From Diplonema japonicum (taxonomy: Eukaryota > Protista > Euglenozoa: Diplonemea): a stretch of 64,000 nucleotides of DNA. Location of the stretch: positions 186,001-250,000 of the forward strand of contig OZ025741.1 of the NCBI GenBank assembly GCA_964019335.1, given 5' to 3'. A program made the position numbers and the translations under genes. Positions 34,501 through 44,188 of this stretch are shown here, piece after piece. The stretch's first letter is position 1, and every line of letters begins with the position of its first letter. The notes below the pieces were generated by a model that saw nothing but the letters and a program-made list of their open reading frames with translations, made no database searches and was not told where the DNA came from.

Positions 34501-34999
34501 TCAAAGTCGCGGAGTCCATCTTCCCGAAGAGCCTCAGCTGCAGCTGGTTGGACTGCGAACCAGCACCTAATTTATCTAAAATCGTGTCGCTGGCGTAGGT
34601 ACCGACAACTGCCCCTAGCCCCGCCACTGCTGCGAGGAAAACGAAGACCCACAGGTACAGCGTGTAGTTTGTGGGGCCTTGTGGTGTGGTGTCGTTGAAG
34701 CAGCAAGACCCGCTCTGGCCGTTTTGAGGGCACATTGAGTCGCAGCAGCCGCCTTGTCCCGTGGGGCAGCATTCTGATTGCTGCTGCTGCGCCGCGAAGT
34801 TTTGCGATTGGTGAAAACCCCCTTGCGGTTGTTGTTGTTGTTGGTGCAGCGGTTGTTGTTGTTGTTGGTGCACTTGCATTCCCTGCGGCTGTTGTGGCTG
34901 CTGCTGCTGCTGAACATGTCCCCCCATCCCAGGTATATTGTTCATAGGCATTGTCTGCCTCGTGTTCATCTGTGAACCCCATTTATTACCTTCATCCAT
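28501..34999 (-). CDS. Multi-pass membrane protein with TPAPD mucin-like repeats; exons 34999-33996, 33127-32992, 32954-31993, 28618-28501 (739 aa; true start may lie in the gap)
   Basis: Three GT-AG introns join in phase (YYAAR-AQSF, EFK-AMVQ, KKER-RSRR). About 4 hydrophobic helices, a Gln-rich N-terminus and a K/R/S-rich tail. Confidence 0.8.
28656..31963 (-). mobile_element. Non-LTR retrotransposon (LINE) copy 2, 5'-truncated, inside intron 3 of the host gene
   Basis: Intact 1085-codon frame with RT domain, CCHC-type knuckle (CDVC...HALWEC) and C-terminal WLKSLRW...ELAVDY domain; short 3' UTR with stem-loop. Confidence 0.95.
28702..31959 (-). CDS. Retrotransposon reverse transcriptase ORF (N-terminally truncated)
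   Basis: APGVDG, LIPK, RPITV, QHGFRP, LDFVKCFD, GILQGCPIS, YADD and LGV motifs in canonical order. Confidence 0.92.
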   Translation of the reverse strand: MIELLQAERFIQKLEDIDGAYRVLADVSERHCITGVPMEQQKTFRGRGEERKPKEKCLSAKSVKEATGAAVGRQKSIACLQRKLAHISAEIQVMIDKGQVCNMPVVLLKTWANALSLLEKLPNPPVFDRNLLKDDLESIVTRLQLLDDNLSSLLREIAKDTRVEREKKYEARINTQFQEERRGMTAFVKNTSTSAAQAVESGGVLTADLDEMDRMMHAEWDGVLQMYGEGHEEPSYEAFKARYGPYISTHDMVLQPLTGADLRAVLAKKSTRTAPGVDGWRMAELRAMPNVLLDAWAMLFNAIEVTGKWPKALLTALVTLIPKGGERTPLNHRPITVTSAVYRLWACARLRDISPWQEKWADDSQHGFRPRHGTDSILMELSTQLETAMLTNTPLNGIALDFVKCFDRVPQKVAFGLMQDLGLHQRILTPLKAMYAGLKRRFRFPTGVGSEFHVTNGILQGCPISVILVNALVSVMVKCVIAEVPGSRSLSYADDAYLLARLVEVLKRATNKTIEFCERTGMRLNENKSQAFSTKDEIGPWLKCTGSSFRVTKGIKALGVILNMNGKHSLDKLHSAEGRLSRLGALPLSFGNKASMLTGTVLPSCLYGTTYAAPSDNQLKKLCTATVTSLWGPRFRMRSPMAVLNVLLPGHTAYPQAKIVYNTVNCLVRESLTSPQLWQRVNEIVTLYREREDDEERGPLGVLLKRWLPFLNKGWSFIEGLRALVPSARRHEVRQAIRPAVAKELIHGRSSFAGMEAGACPSTNARWRKLQSRRPLISYRLRRIISGAVFTVHPRVWGKQLDEREGVESSSLACDVCDHRCQTTTEVTEHALWECAPARAALTNERYGGMTRSDLPAVTALHGIIPRGATGAAKQQAAVVQRYLLDVVSRRDARAAERSTRILTTNPWDEITTGKQHTVPTVELLKSNGASGKVLMFYMKSVLRWLKSLRWYAGRKLTSVTTMELAVDYEQATRQSLAGPLDDQDWLTEKAGRMRYILGRIQKCTAKSGKNAFPANAKTRVHTLRHLGGPTTHGYDRRPLFSSSQTAPYLARLQAMFLAQMPSISSRQTATAGTRQQPQNGDRLV
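33187..33968 (-). mobile_element. Probable decayed DNA transposon in intron 1 of the membrane-protein gene
   Basis: GC-rich insert bounded by gtggagggggggg / cccccccctccac. A frameshifted minus-strand remnant KRKRREYT..EKLWIIAL resembles a CENP-B/pogo N-terminal HTH. Confidence 0.45.
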
Positions 35000-35000
35000 C

Positions 35001-35200
35001 NNNNNNNNNNNNNNNNNNNNNNNNNNNNNNNNNNNNNNNNNNNNNNNNNNNNNNNNNNNNNNNNNNNNNNNNNNNNNNNNNNNNNNNNNNNNNNNNNNNN
35101 NNNNNNNNNNNNNNNNNNNNNNNNNNNNNNNNNNNNNNNNNNNNNNNNNNNNNNNNNNNNNNNNNNNNNNNNNNNNNNNNNNNNNNNNNNNNNNNNNNNN
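35001..35200. other. Assembly gap (200 N)
   Basis: Run of n. Confidence 1.
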
Positions 35201-35490
35201 AACAAAGGGAGTGGGGAAAAAAATTGGAATTTTTTTCTTTCTTTTTTTCTTTTTTTTTTTCTTTATAAAAGGAATGCGTGGAAGACCAGCCAAAGAAAGA
35301 AGAAGAAGAAGAACTTAAGTTTCTGGCTTTTTTTTATTATTATACAACTTCAAATAGAACTTTATTGGGGGGGGGGAGGGGTGAACAAGAACAAAAAAAT
35401 GCAGGGGAGGAGAGGGTAGGTGTCTGTCAGGTTTTCTAGAAGGGGGTAAGTCTGTTGGGAGAAAGGAGGGAGTGAATCTAAAAAAAATAT

Positions 35491-35791
35491 ATGAGTTAAA
35501 GGAGGCCGGTGTTGGCGGCGCCCTGCACAAGAACTGTCTACTTGATCACAGGGGGCGCACCGCGGCCGAGTTGTAGCTTCTTCTGCGTTCCGCGTCGTGT
35601 CCTTAATGCGTGCGGTGTACAGCTCAACTCCAGCCGGGGCGTCCCGGGTAACCAAGATTCTGCGCTCGTGCAGTTTGCTGCCTGTTCGCCACCCTGAGCA
35701 TCTGCGATACGTTCTTCCACTCGGTGCTACCGGTGATGACCGACGAGGAGGTCAACAGCGAACAACACATCTGATGTTTTTCTTATATTTT

Positions 35792-35794
<3 letters not shown>
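35491..35794 (-). mobile_element. Short retroposon family A, copy 4 (diverged, 5' P1 strand missing)
   Basis: Aligns with copy 1; L3 is UCCUCGUC and P4 is CACC/GGUG. Confidence 0.85.
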
Positions 35795-35831
<37 letters not shown>

Positions 35832-36447
35832 ACTATGTTAAGGAGAAGGTAAAGGTGCTTCTACCCCCACCGCCGCCTGGCGAAGAAAAAAAAAAGGGGG
35901 GGAAGAAGAAACTTACAGAAGACGAAAAGGCTAAAACTGCGGGGGATTCACGTTTTCTGTATTATGAGGCCCATCACTTCGTTCATCCCATCTCCTATTG
36001 CCCTTGTTGTGCTACTTATAATGGCGTCCGTATGAGGGAGAGTCTTCAAAAAAAAGGGGGGGGTCTGGGGGTTTCACCAAGTATTAGGGACTTCTTTTAC
36101 TTGCTGTTTAAAACAATTATTTTTTAAGGGGGGTCGGTAGCAACTGCCCACCGTAATGGACGTGCCACCTTTTTGATGAATGCACACCCTTCTGGGCTGT
36201 GCCTCCCTGTTGCACATTATATCAACCGCCCGTAAAAAAAAACGAGCACTTCTTCGGTTTTTACACGTAATATCTTTTTTTTTTTTTTTTTTTTTGTTTT
36301 TTTTAAATTTTTTATTTTCTTTCGCACCCCAGATTCTCGTAAAAAAAAAAAAAAAAGAGAAAAAAAAAAAAGAAGCCGGGATTAACCTGTAGAAGGATAA
36401 GTCCCAACAATACCACCACTATTTTTTTTTTTTTTTTTTTTTTAAAA

Positions 36448-37623
36448 CCCATAACACTCCAAGGCGCAAATATTTGTCGTTTTGAAAAATCGTTTTTTTC
36501 TCTAAGTACTTTTTCGTCCCCACGACCCCTGGATCTCCAAGAACGACTATAGTGAGGAGTTATTTTCAACTGCAATTCATGCTGCGCTGCATCACTTTAC
36601 CTTGTTATCCACCCACCAAGTGGGTCCCAAATCCGAGTGGATAGGCGAAAAAACGCAAAATAACGGGTGTGCAGACTGTGTCCAAAAGCACGGGTTATCT
36701 TTCGCGTTTTCACATCCACGCCACCAAAATCGAGGGGCACGCACTTGAAGATTTCAGTGTCGTGGAAAAGGTGGTGCTGGGGTTAACGGGGCCTTTTCGG
36801 GGAACGACAACACGGTAGTTTGCAATAACTACTTTCGACTGTGGGTCTGGCCGAAGCCCTGTGAAAAAACTGTGAGGGGGCTTGCATTTCGTTGGAGTGT
36901 TGCGGACTCTTCTGGTGGGCCCTAGAAGTGCAAGTGCAGTAAACTGCCTTGCACTTTAAATAAAATATGGTTCAGAGTTCAGCCAAAGAGATACAAAACC
37001 CTGGCTGCTTTTAAAGAGCGCTTTCGAGAGAGCCTAATTGATGGGTCCAGCGTTGCAAAAACACCACTCCTGGTACCCAACTAGTGGAGCACACACCCCC
37101 GACACCCCAGATTACACCAAACGTGACCACCAACCACTCAAAGGGGGCACCTCCAGGTTCTGCAGGTTGAAAGGATGCACAAAACGCACAATCTACAAAT
37201 GCTACACCTGTAACCAACACCTCTGTCCAAATAAGTGCTTTTTTCGTACCGCTCTTCCATCACCCCAAAAAAAGTTTCTTGACGATTTCGAGGCCGATAT
37301 TCCACCCGCAAATAGGCACTTCTCTCGGTCTGAGACATATCTGAGGGGTCCTGATGCTGCCTTTTTTGTCCCAAGATGCTCAATCTACACCCCCCCGTGC
37401 ACAACCCATTTTGACATGGTCGTTTTTGAGCACCCTACGGCCATTCAACTCTTCATCCCCTTTGTATTTTTATTAATTTTTGAGCTTTTTTTTAAAATTT
37501 TCCTGGTCCAAAAAACCCGTTTTACCTGCAAACGGGGGTTAAAATGCTGCCATTTTCCCCCTCAAATTATGAAAAGGAGCAAAAAAGGGACCCCTATGTA
37601 GATAGGCCCCGGAGTGTTATGGG
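36448..37623 (+). mobile_element. Decayed, internally deleted piggyBac transposon
   Basis: 13-bp TIR cccataacactcc/ggagtgttatggg; TTAA at the right end (left site tttaaaa); frameshifted NY(Y/F)STVGLAEAL...FVGVLR remnant; Cys-rich domain CRLKGC...CYTCNQHLCPNKCF. Confidence 0.85.
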
Positions 37624-38173
37624 TTAAAGGCAAATAACAAGATTCATTAAATCTGGTTCAAAAAAAAAAAAAAAAAAGAAACTACTGTAAAACGAAAAGG
37701 GTTTTTTTAATCAACAGCTTTTAAAGTTACGGAATGCCTGGTTTTTCTTTTTTTTTTTACTGCACAGCGCGTTCAGCCATATGTACAGGTCAGTGCCCCA
37801 CCAAAAGGGATGTCCCTGAATCACAATACTTTCTTTTTGTTTTACAGTAATATGACCTAAACCCAATTCACTTGGATGAAAGAGAGAGAGAGAAAAAAAA
37901 GGGGGGAAAGGCAATCGTGCATAAATAGAGGAAATGCGTGTAGGAAGGGAACTAGAAAAAAAAAAAGGACTGGGGGGAGTTAGGGAACCTTTAAAAGAAA
38001 AGTGACTTTCGTGTCCTCCGTATTCACATTTTCTTCTACTTCCCTCACCCCTCCCCCCTTTTTTTTCTTCTTGCATACCGTTTTGAAAAAACGAGGTAAA
38101 AAATAAATATCCGATACCCTTCCACCCACCCAGTCGTATCCCCCTTCTCCCGCCTCAAGAGAGAGAGAGAAGG

Positions 38174-38205
<32 letters not shown>

Positions 38206-38690
38206 TACCTGCGGTATGTGACAGGACGCCTGATGGAAAAAAGAGCAACTCACTGGTGATGCCAAAAATAAAAAAAAAAAAAAAAAAAAAAACAAAGAAC
38301 CAGTACGCGGCCGGTTTCTTTGCCAGGCTTGTTTTGTGCACACAGCGAGACAACCAGAGAGGGGGGGGGGAGGGGGGGTTAAACATAAAAAAAAAAAAGG
38401 AGTTTTTTTTTTTTTTTTAAAGTTGTGGTTGAAGGAAAGGGGTATTCGATTGCGGATTTCTACCACAAAAAAAAAAAAAAAAAAAAGGTCTATGTATTTT
38501 TTTTTTCTTCAAAAAAAAGGTTGTCTCGATTTTAGTGGTGCCATGCAGTATGTGACACAGCGGCCACCCTTGTGAAACTTCGCCCCGAAGCCTCCCAAGT
38601 CCCCTGTGGTCCCGTAGAAAGTAAAAGTGGAGAGGTAAAGAAAGCTTGGAAATTGAAATAGGGAGAGGGGCCACAGAGGGGGGGGGGGGG

Positions 38691-39082
38691 GGGGGGGTCA
38701 TAAGGGGGTCGTTATTTGCCCTTTTTCAGGCTCTTCGCCAAGGGCATTTTGGGCCCTTAAAAAAACTGTAACCACCCCAAAAGTGCCCACAAATCACCCA
38801 AACCCCCGTTTCCCGATGGTTTCCGGCCCCAAAAGTGCCCAGAATCATGTTCTAATTTTGGGGCCCCCGTTTGGTACTTTCCCTATGTAATCCTAGGGAA
38901 CATAAAATAGGGGCCCCTAGGATTACATAGTGGGGCCGGAAACCATCGGAAAACGGGGGTTTGGGTGATTTGTGGGCACTTTTGGGGTGGTTACAGTTTT
39001 TTTTAAGGGCCCAAAATGCCCTTGGCGAAGAGCCTGAAAAAGGGCAACAAGTGGCCCTTTTTAAGGACCATATGACCCCCCC
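38691..39082. mobile_element. Foldback MITE with ~140-bp inverted arms
   Basis: 38715-38831 is an almost perfect reverse complement of 38931-39048; termini gggggtcata / tatgaccccc; no clear TSD. Confidence 0.8.
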
Positions 39083-39150
39083 TACAAAAAAAAAGAGTCT
39101 GTCGCGTCTGTTAGATATCCCCCCCCCCCCCCTCTCCCCTCCCCACCACC

Positions 39151-40596
39151 TCACCTCACCCTTCCCATAGCCTCAATCCCAGTTGCCATACTAGTCGGCT
39201 TCTTAGATTTCTCATTAGACAAGTCCCACAATCGAATTGTTTCGTCACCGCTACCAGACGCCAAGTGACGATGGTCAGGGCTTACGGTTAAGTGGTGCAC
39301 AGCAGAGTGATGCCCTGTTAAAGAAGCGCTGTGGGCGAGGTTCGCCCCCGTGTAGATATTGATGGAGTAAGGCTGCGAGGGAAAACCCCCGGACATGGAC
39401 GCCTCCCCACTCGCGGTCACAAGATCCGCAGCCCAGTTCACCCCATGTAGCACAGTGGCACTGGGCACCGTGTGCGACAACTTACAAAGTTGCGTGTTGT
39501 AAATGTTAAAACCGGAATTGTGAACAACGGCCAACCTCCCGACAGACTGCACAGACCAAGAGAGATCGTTGACGGGTGTATTGTCAAGCTGCAACGCCAT
39601 CAATTGTTTCCGCATTCTCATGCACCACACACGGAGCAGCCCGTTGGCATCTGCAGTGGCGATCGCACGTTCATCAGGTGACCACTTCACACAACTAACA
39701 GACGACGAGTTGTGGAGGTTGCTAGACTGCAGCATGACGTCTGACCGTGTGTCGTAGAAAGCTACCTCACCATCACTCGTCCCGCAAGCAAGAACATGCA
39801 TGGCTGACGACAAACATGTTACATTGCCTGATTTTTCATTTCTGATGACAGACGGCTCCTCCGGGTACACCATGTCGATGGCGGTGATCTTCGCCCCGTG
39901 CCCGGCAAGCAGCGTTGTCCTCACAGCGTTGCAATACGACAGCGACGACACCACATCCTCCACTTCAGTCAGCTCCGACACAATACCAGAGGAACTGTTT
40001 CTGATGTATATGGTTTCACCCAATGGGACAGCAAGGTCCCTCCCTGCCCATGTAAGAAGTTGGTTTGAACCCGTTCTAATATCCGGTGCGTCCAGAACAC
40101 GATACGCTGTTGTGGGTAACGATCTGACAGGTTTTGCAACAGGCGTGCGTTGTGGTGGAGGCGGGGTCCCGCTCCACTGGGATTGCGGGGAGTCTGTTAG
40201 CCCCATTGCCCCTGTACCCGGGGTGTTGTTTCTTCGTGTTACCGGTGTTGTGAAACCGCTATTTGTTGGTGTAAAGGAGTCGTCGATGACCTGTGCTCTT
40301 GGAGTGCGTGGTGTTGTAGGTTCTGGTTGGCTGCACGAAACGTAGTCTTCTTCTGTGTCTGCTTGAACTACTACTTTCTTCGTGATGCCCATTCTGTCCC
40401 TTAGGAGTTTTAAGAGAGTTGTTGAGTCACCGTCGTTGTTGTGGCTCTCCCCATAAGACTCGGAGTTCATTTTGAGAACATCCCTGTCGCTGTGGTACCT
40501 CACTGCAGGCAGTGGGTACCAATCCTCCCCTCCCGCTCCCTCGTTGGCTCGAGGCTTTTGGGACGAGCTGTGTTTTAGTGGCGACCGTGTGTTCAT
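39151..40596 (-). CDS. CDC20: Cdc20/Fizzy-family WD40 APC/C co-activator (divergent, 481 aa)
   Basis: RSLPTTAYRVLDAPD, WD repeats, LTGH...SPD...SGSGDETIRLW, C-terminal VR (IR-tail-like) and many N-terminal TP sites. Cdc20 versus Cdh1 is not resolvable by eye. Confidence 0.8.
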   Translation of the reverse strand: MNTRSPLKHSSSQKPRANEGAGGEDWYPLPAVRYHSDRDVLKMNSESYGESHNNDGDSTTLLKLLRDRMGITKKVVVQADTEEDYVSCSQPEPTTPRTPRAQVIDDSFTPTNSGFTTPVTRRNNTPGTGAMGLTDSPQSQWSGTPPPPQRTPVAKPVRSLPTTAYRVLDAPDIRTGSNQLLTWAGRDLAVPLGETIYIRNSSSGIVSELTEVEDVVSSLSYCNAVRTTLLAGHGAKITAIDMVYPEEPSVIRNEKSGNVTCLSSAMHVLACGTSDGEVAFYDTRSDVMLQSSNLHNSSSVSCVKWSPDERAIATADANGLLRVWCMRMRKQLMALQLDNTPVNDLSWSVQSVGRLAVVHNSGFNIYNTQLCKLSHTVPSATVLHGVNWAADLVTASGEASMSGGFPSQPYSINIYTGANLAHSASLTGHHSAVHHLTVSPDHRHLASGSGDETIRLWDLSNEKSKKPTSMATGIEAMGRVR

Positions 40597-40783
40597 TTTT
40601 TTTTTGTTTTTTTGTTTTTTTTTGTTTCTTTTTCCCCGGGGGGGCCACCCGGGTCCTTTAGATTTTTTTTTGGCTGAGAGTGGGGAAAAGAGAAGAAAGA
40701 GTGGAGAGGGGGGACAATTCTTTTTTTTTTTCTTCTTCTTTTTTATGACTTTATGGTCTTTTTTTTTTGCTGTGTGTGTGTGT

Positions 40784-40814
<31 letters not shown>

Positions 40815-41150
40815 GGGGCACAATCTTTTGTATAAAAAGGGTAATAAAATCTTTTTTTTTTTGTTGTAGAGGAATAAAGAAAAAAAAAGATAAAAAAAAA
40901 ACGGGAAAGAAAAAAAAAAAACAGAACAAAAAAAAAAAAAAAAAAAAAAAAACGCGATGTGTCAGGGCAGATCCCACTTGAGGACCGAATAAAAAAAAAA
41001 AAAAACACGTTCGGGGCGGCGGCGGCGGCGGGCGGGAAAAAAAGAAAGGAGAGAAAAAAAAAAGACTGGAAAAAAAAGATTTTTTTTAATTTTACTATGG
41101 CTCTCTCTCACTTTCTCCTCCCCCCCCTCCCCCTTCGTATCTTGCTATAT

Positions 41151-41825
41151 CTACTTACTGTGAGAAAGAATAAACTGCTGCCACTGAGCAAGGTTCCAGG
41201 ATGCGGCAGCATCGGATACCACCCTGTTAACCATGTAGGCGGGGGTGCCGGAGATCCCGAGAGCACAGCCAAACTTCCAAGGCACTCGCACGAACTGATC
41301 AAGAGGGACCGAGGTGGCCTGAGACAGGAAAGAGGCCTCCTGGCTGGCAGGCATACCGGCAGCCTGAACAATCGGCCAGTACACCTGCTTCCACACCTGA
41401 GCAACAGTCATCGATGCCGTGGCGTTGTTCTGAAAGTTATCCTGGAACTTGAAGAATTCAATGGCAACCTTCTCGAAAGCGATTGTGGTATCGATGTTGA
41501 GGTCCTTTGCAAGGTACTTCACAGCGACATCGGCGGCCATTGTGGCCGTGAACGAGTTGAAGTGGTAAGGCAGCGGGAAGGGGTGGAACACGATGCTGGA
41601 GGGGTTCTGCTTCTCCTTCAACCACCCCAGCAGCGGGAACAAAACATTGTTCCAGGCATCCCTTGTGTCCGGGCACTGGTAGTCCCCGAAAATCTCGATC
41701 TCAACACCACCGGCAAGCTTCGGGTTCGATGTCATCAAGTACCCAAGGCTGTCCACGTTGTTGGGGATCGGTGCCTGCCCCGCAACAAGCAACGCGGACG
41801 CCAGTATCACACAGGTACGGAACAT
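41151..41825 (-). CDS. Secreted DsbA-like thioredoxin-fold protein (CPDT active site)
   Basis: N-terminal signal peptide, EIFGDYQCPDT, HPFPLPYH and GISGTPAYMVN cis-Pro loop. A GTAAGT just before the stop could be a donor, so the C-terminus is uncertain. Confidence 0.85.
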   Translation of the reverse strand: MFRTCVILASALLVAGQAPIPNNVDSLGYLMTSNPKLAGGVEIEIFGDYQCPDTRDAWNNVLFPLLGWLKEKQNPSSIVFHPFPLPYHFNSFTATMAADVAVKYLAKDLNIDTTIAFEKVAIEFFKFQDNFQNNATASMTVAQVWKQVYWPIVQAAGMPASQEASFLSQATSVPLDQFVRVPWKFGCALGISGTPAYMVNRVVSDAAASWNLAQWQQFILSHSK

Positions 41826-42012
41826 TTTTTTTTTTTTTTTTTTTTTTTTAATTTCCCCTTTGAATAATTTGAAAGAAAAAAAAACAAAATCAAAAAAAAA
41901 AAAAAAAAAAAAAGAGATGAGATAAAGGAGGTTCCTGTTTTGGAACGTCCCCCTTGTCTCTACTTTTCAAAAAAAAAAGAAAAAAAAAGCCCCGTCCCTT
42001 CCCCTGCGAAAA

Positions 42013-43263
42013 TCAGGCGGATGAAAAAAACCCCAGAGTTTCATCGACGGTGGCTCCCTTCACAACGAGCTGCAGCGTGTTCTTTTCCTCGCAGTAGGCG
42101 AACACAGGCGGCGCCTGCCTGAGGTTGTAGTAAGAATACGACGAATGGTAATACGCACCCACGTCCCTCACCACCACAAAATCATCAGGAGAAAGCGGAG
42201 GAAGCTCTCGCTGATGCGCGAGAATATCACCCCCCAAACAGCAAGGCCCGGCGAGGTCTGTGGGTGCAAGATCTTCATATGGTACGGGTTTGCCTGTCGA
42301 CGTAAACGGAGTCACACGGAGCGGCCAGTCTTTAGGTGCCCAGATGGTTCTGATGGCAAGGTCAACACCAGCATGTTGCGTGGCGATGCGACGCCCACCG
42401 ACAGTTTTAGTGTATTCGATTTTGGACACAAGAACACCAGTCTTTGCAAGCACACATCTACCAAACTCCGTTACGATCCTCCTCTTAAACAGGTTGGGGC
42501 AGGCCTCCCGAAGCCTTGCACTGTACTCCTGAAAAGGTGGGTTCCAGTCATCTGTTTCAAAGTTCACACCAATACCCCCGCCGATGTCAATCTCGGTAAT
42601 TTGATCGCCTATTTCATCTGCAAGATCGACCACTCTCTTCACACCTTCTACCATGAGGTCTAAAGAACACCCTTGTGAACCGGAATGCAGGTGGATACAC
42701 GTCAAGAAAGGGTTTTCCTTGTACGCCTTCACGATCTCGTTCCTATTGTCTATCAAGGGAATTCCGAATTTCGATGTTGCCGTCCCAGTGCTGAAGATGC
42801 CCATGGAACCGTATCCCACTTGAGGGTTGACGCGAATGCCTAGACGTGTTGTGGAGGGCTCTGGGCTGTCCTTGAGTATCTCCTTCACGCGATTTAGTTC
42901 TTGAAAATTATCCACGTTTAAAAGACACGGGGTTTTCAAAGCTTCTCTTAGTTCGGACTTCGTCTTGCATGGGCTGTCAAACACGACTTTTTCGGGTGGA
43001 AAATGTTGCATGCCCTGTGTGAACTCGCCAATAGAGGCCGCCTCGCAGCCCAGCCCATATTTGTTGAGCTCTGCCAGAATGAAGCTCAAAGGGTTTGCCT
43101 TCGCAGCGAACGCGTGTAACGTATCGTCCGGAAACGCTGCCTTCAAATCCCTCACGGTGTCCCTCACCGCTGTGAGGTTCCACACGAAGAACAGATCGCG
43201 GCCTTCAGGCTGCAAAACGGCGGTGCGCCCCGCAGTAGACATCATTTGCTTGACCCACGCCAT
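42013..43263 (-). CDS. Fold-type III PLP-dependent decarboxylase, diaminopimelate decarboxylase (LysA)-like (416 aa)
   Basis: FAAKANP (PLP lysine), SKFG, HLHSGSQ, DIGGG, EFGR, GPCCLGGD and DVGAY. Confidence 0.9.
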   Translation of the reverse strand: MAWVKQMMSTAGRTAVLQPEGRDLFFVWNLTAVRDTVRDLKAAFPDDTLHAFAAKANPLSFILAELNKYGLGCEAASIGEFTQGMQHFPPEKVVFDSPCKTKSELREALKTPCLLNVDNFQELNRVKEILKDSPEPSTTRLGIRVNPQVGYGSMGIFSTGTATSKFGIPLIDNRNEIVKAYKENPFLTCIHLHSGSQGCSLDLMVEGVKRVVDLADEIGDQITEIDIGGGIGVNFETDDWNPPFQEYSARLREACPNLFKRRIVTEFGRCVLAKTGVLVSKIEYTKTVGGRRIATQHAGVDLAIRTIWAPKDWPLRVTPFTSTGKPVPYEDLAPTDLAGPCCLGGDILAHQRELPPLSPDDFVVVRDVGAYYHSSYSYYNLRQAPPVFAYCEEKNTLQLVVKGATVDETLGFFSSA

Positions 43264-43518
43264 TTTTTTTTTTTTTTTTTTTTTTTTGTTCACTTTTTTT
43301 TATTTCTTTTTCTTTTTTTTTTTTTTTTCTTCACGGTGAATTTGTAGTGAAAGTAATGGGGTTTCCGGTAAAATAATAACGCTAATTTTTTTTTTTTTCT
43401 TCTTTTTTTTCCCTTCCCCAGAAACATCGAAACGGTAACGGTAAAGTCATTACTCGTAGGGGCAATAAGAAAATTGTGACTCTCATCTACTTCTAAAAAA
43501 AGAGAAGAAAAAAAAAAA

Positions 43519-44133
43519 TCAACCCTTCCTACAAAACTCCGGATACGCTTCGCAAAGCTTGGAGGTCTCGTAGCACGCCGCGTAGTCCCGCTCCTCCGTG
43601 CCGAGGAGCCCGTTGTATATGCAGATTGCGGTGTTTGCTTGCCTGAAGAAAGCCCCTTGATGATAGACGTAAAGCTTATCCGTGGCAGCGGCTATAGGTA
43701 GGACGCTGTCCTGAGGCGGGAGAGCAGATTTATCGTAAGACCCAAAAACCCGTGTTGCGCGACCTGTGGAGGGTTCGGTGACATCCATCTGCACTTGTGA
43801 TGTCTGTTCTGCGGCAGACTGAGCCACAGGGGTGATCTTGCGTCCATGGGAACGGTAGCTTTCGACATGAACCCCTTCGTTTGCTTCGATTACGCAGATT
43901 TCTGAACCGTTCGGCATACCGTCGCTTAAGATCTCAACCACCTTCCCCGCCTCTTCCAGTGCGTACCTGTCCCCGTAGCTGCTTTTAAAAATCCTCTGTC
44001 CGACCGTGTAACCCCCCGAAGTCAGACACCGCTGACCAACGCACCACGCAATTTGCGAACATGCCATTCCAATCCCAAAGGCGCCTGACTCTTCTCTGCA
44101 CACGACGTTTCCGCCAGAGAGGGTAGGGGCCAT
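43519..44133 (-). CDS. Hypothetical protein (204 aa)
   Basis: ATG after a 20-nt A tract; GC-rich ORF with globular composition; no motif recognised. Confidence 0.75.
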   Translation of the reverse strand: MAPTLSGGNVVCREESGAFGIGMACSQIAWCVGQRCLTSGGYTVGQRIFKSSYGDRYALEEAGKVVEILSDGMPNGSEICVIEANEGVHVESYRSHGRKITPVAQSAAEQTSQVQMDVTEPSTGRATRVFGSYDKSALPPQDSVLPIAAATDKLYVYHQGAFFRQANTAICIYNGLLGTEERDYAACYETSKLCEAYPEFCRKG

Positions 44134-44188
44134 TTTTTTTTTTTTTTTTTTTTAAATTTCCTCGTCGAATTCTTTTTTTTTTTTGTTA

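Noticed and set aside
33974-35293. ORF spanning the N gap
   Set aside because: Frame continuity across the gap is unknowable; only 34999-33996 is used.
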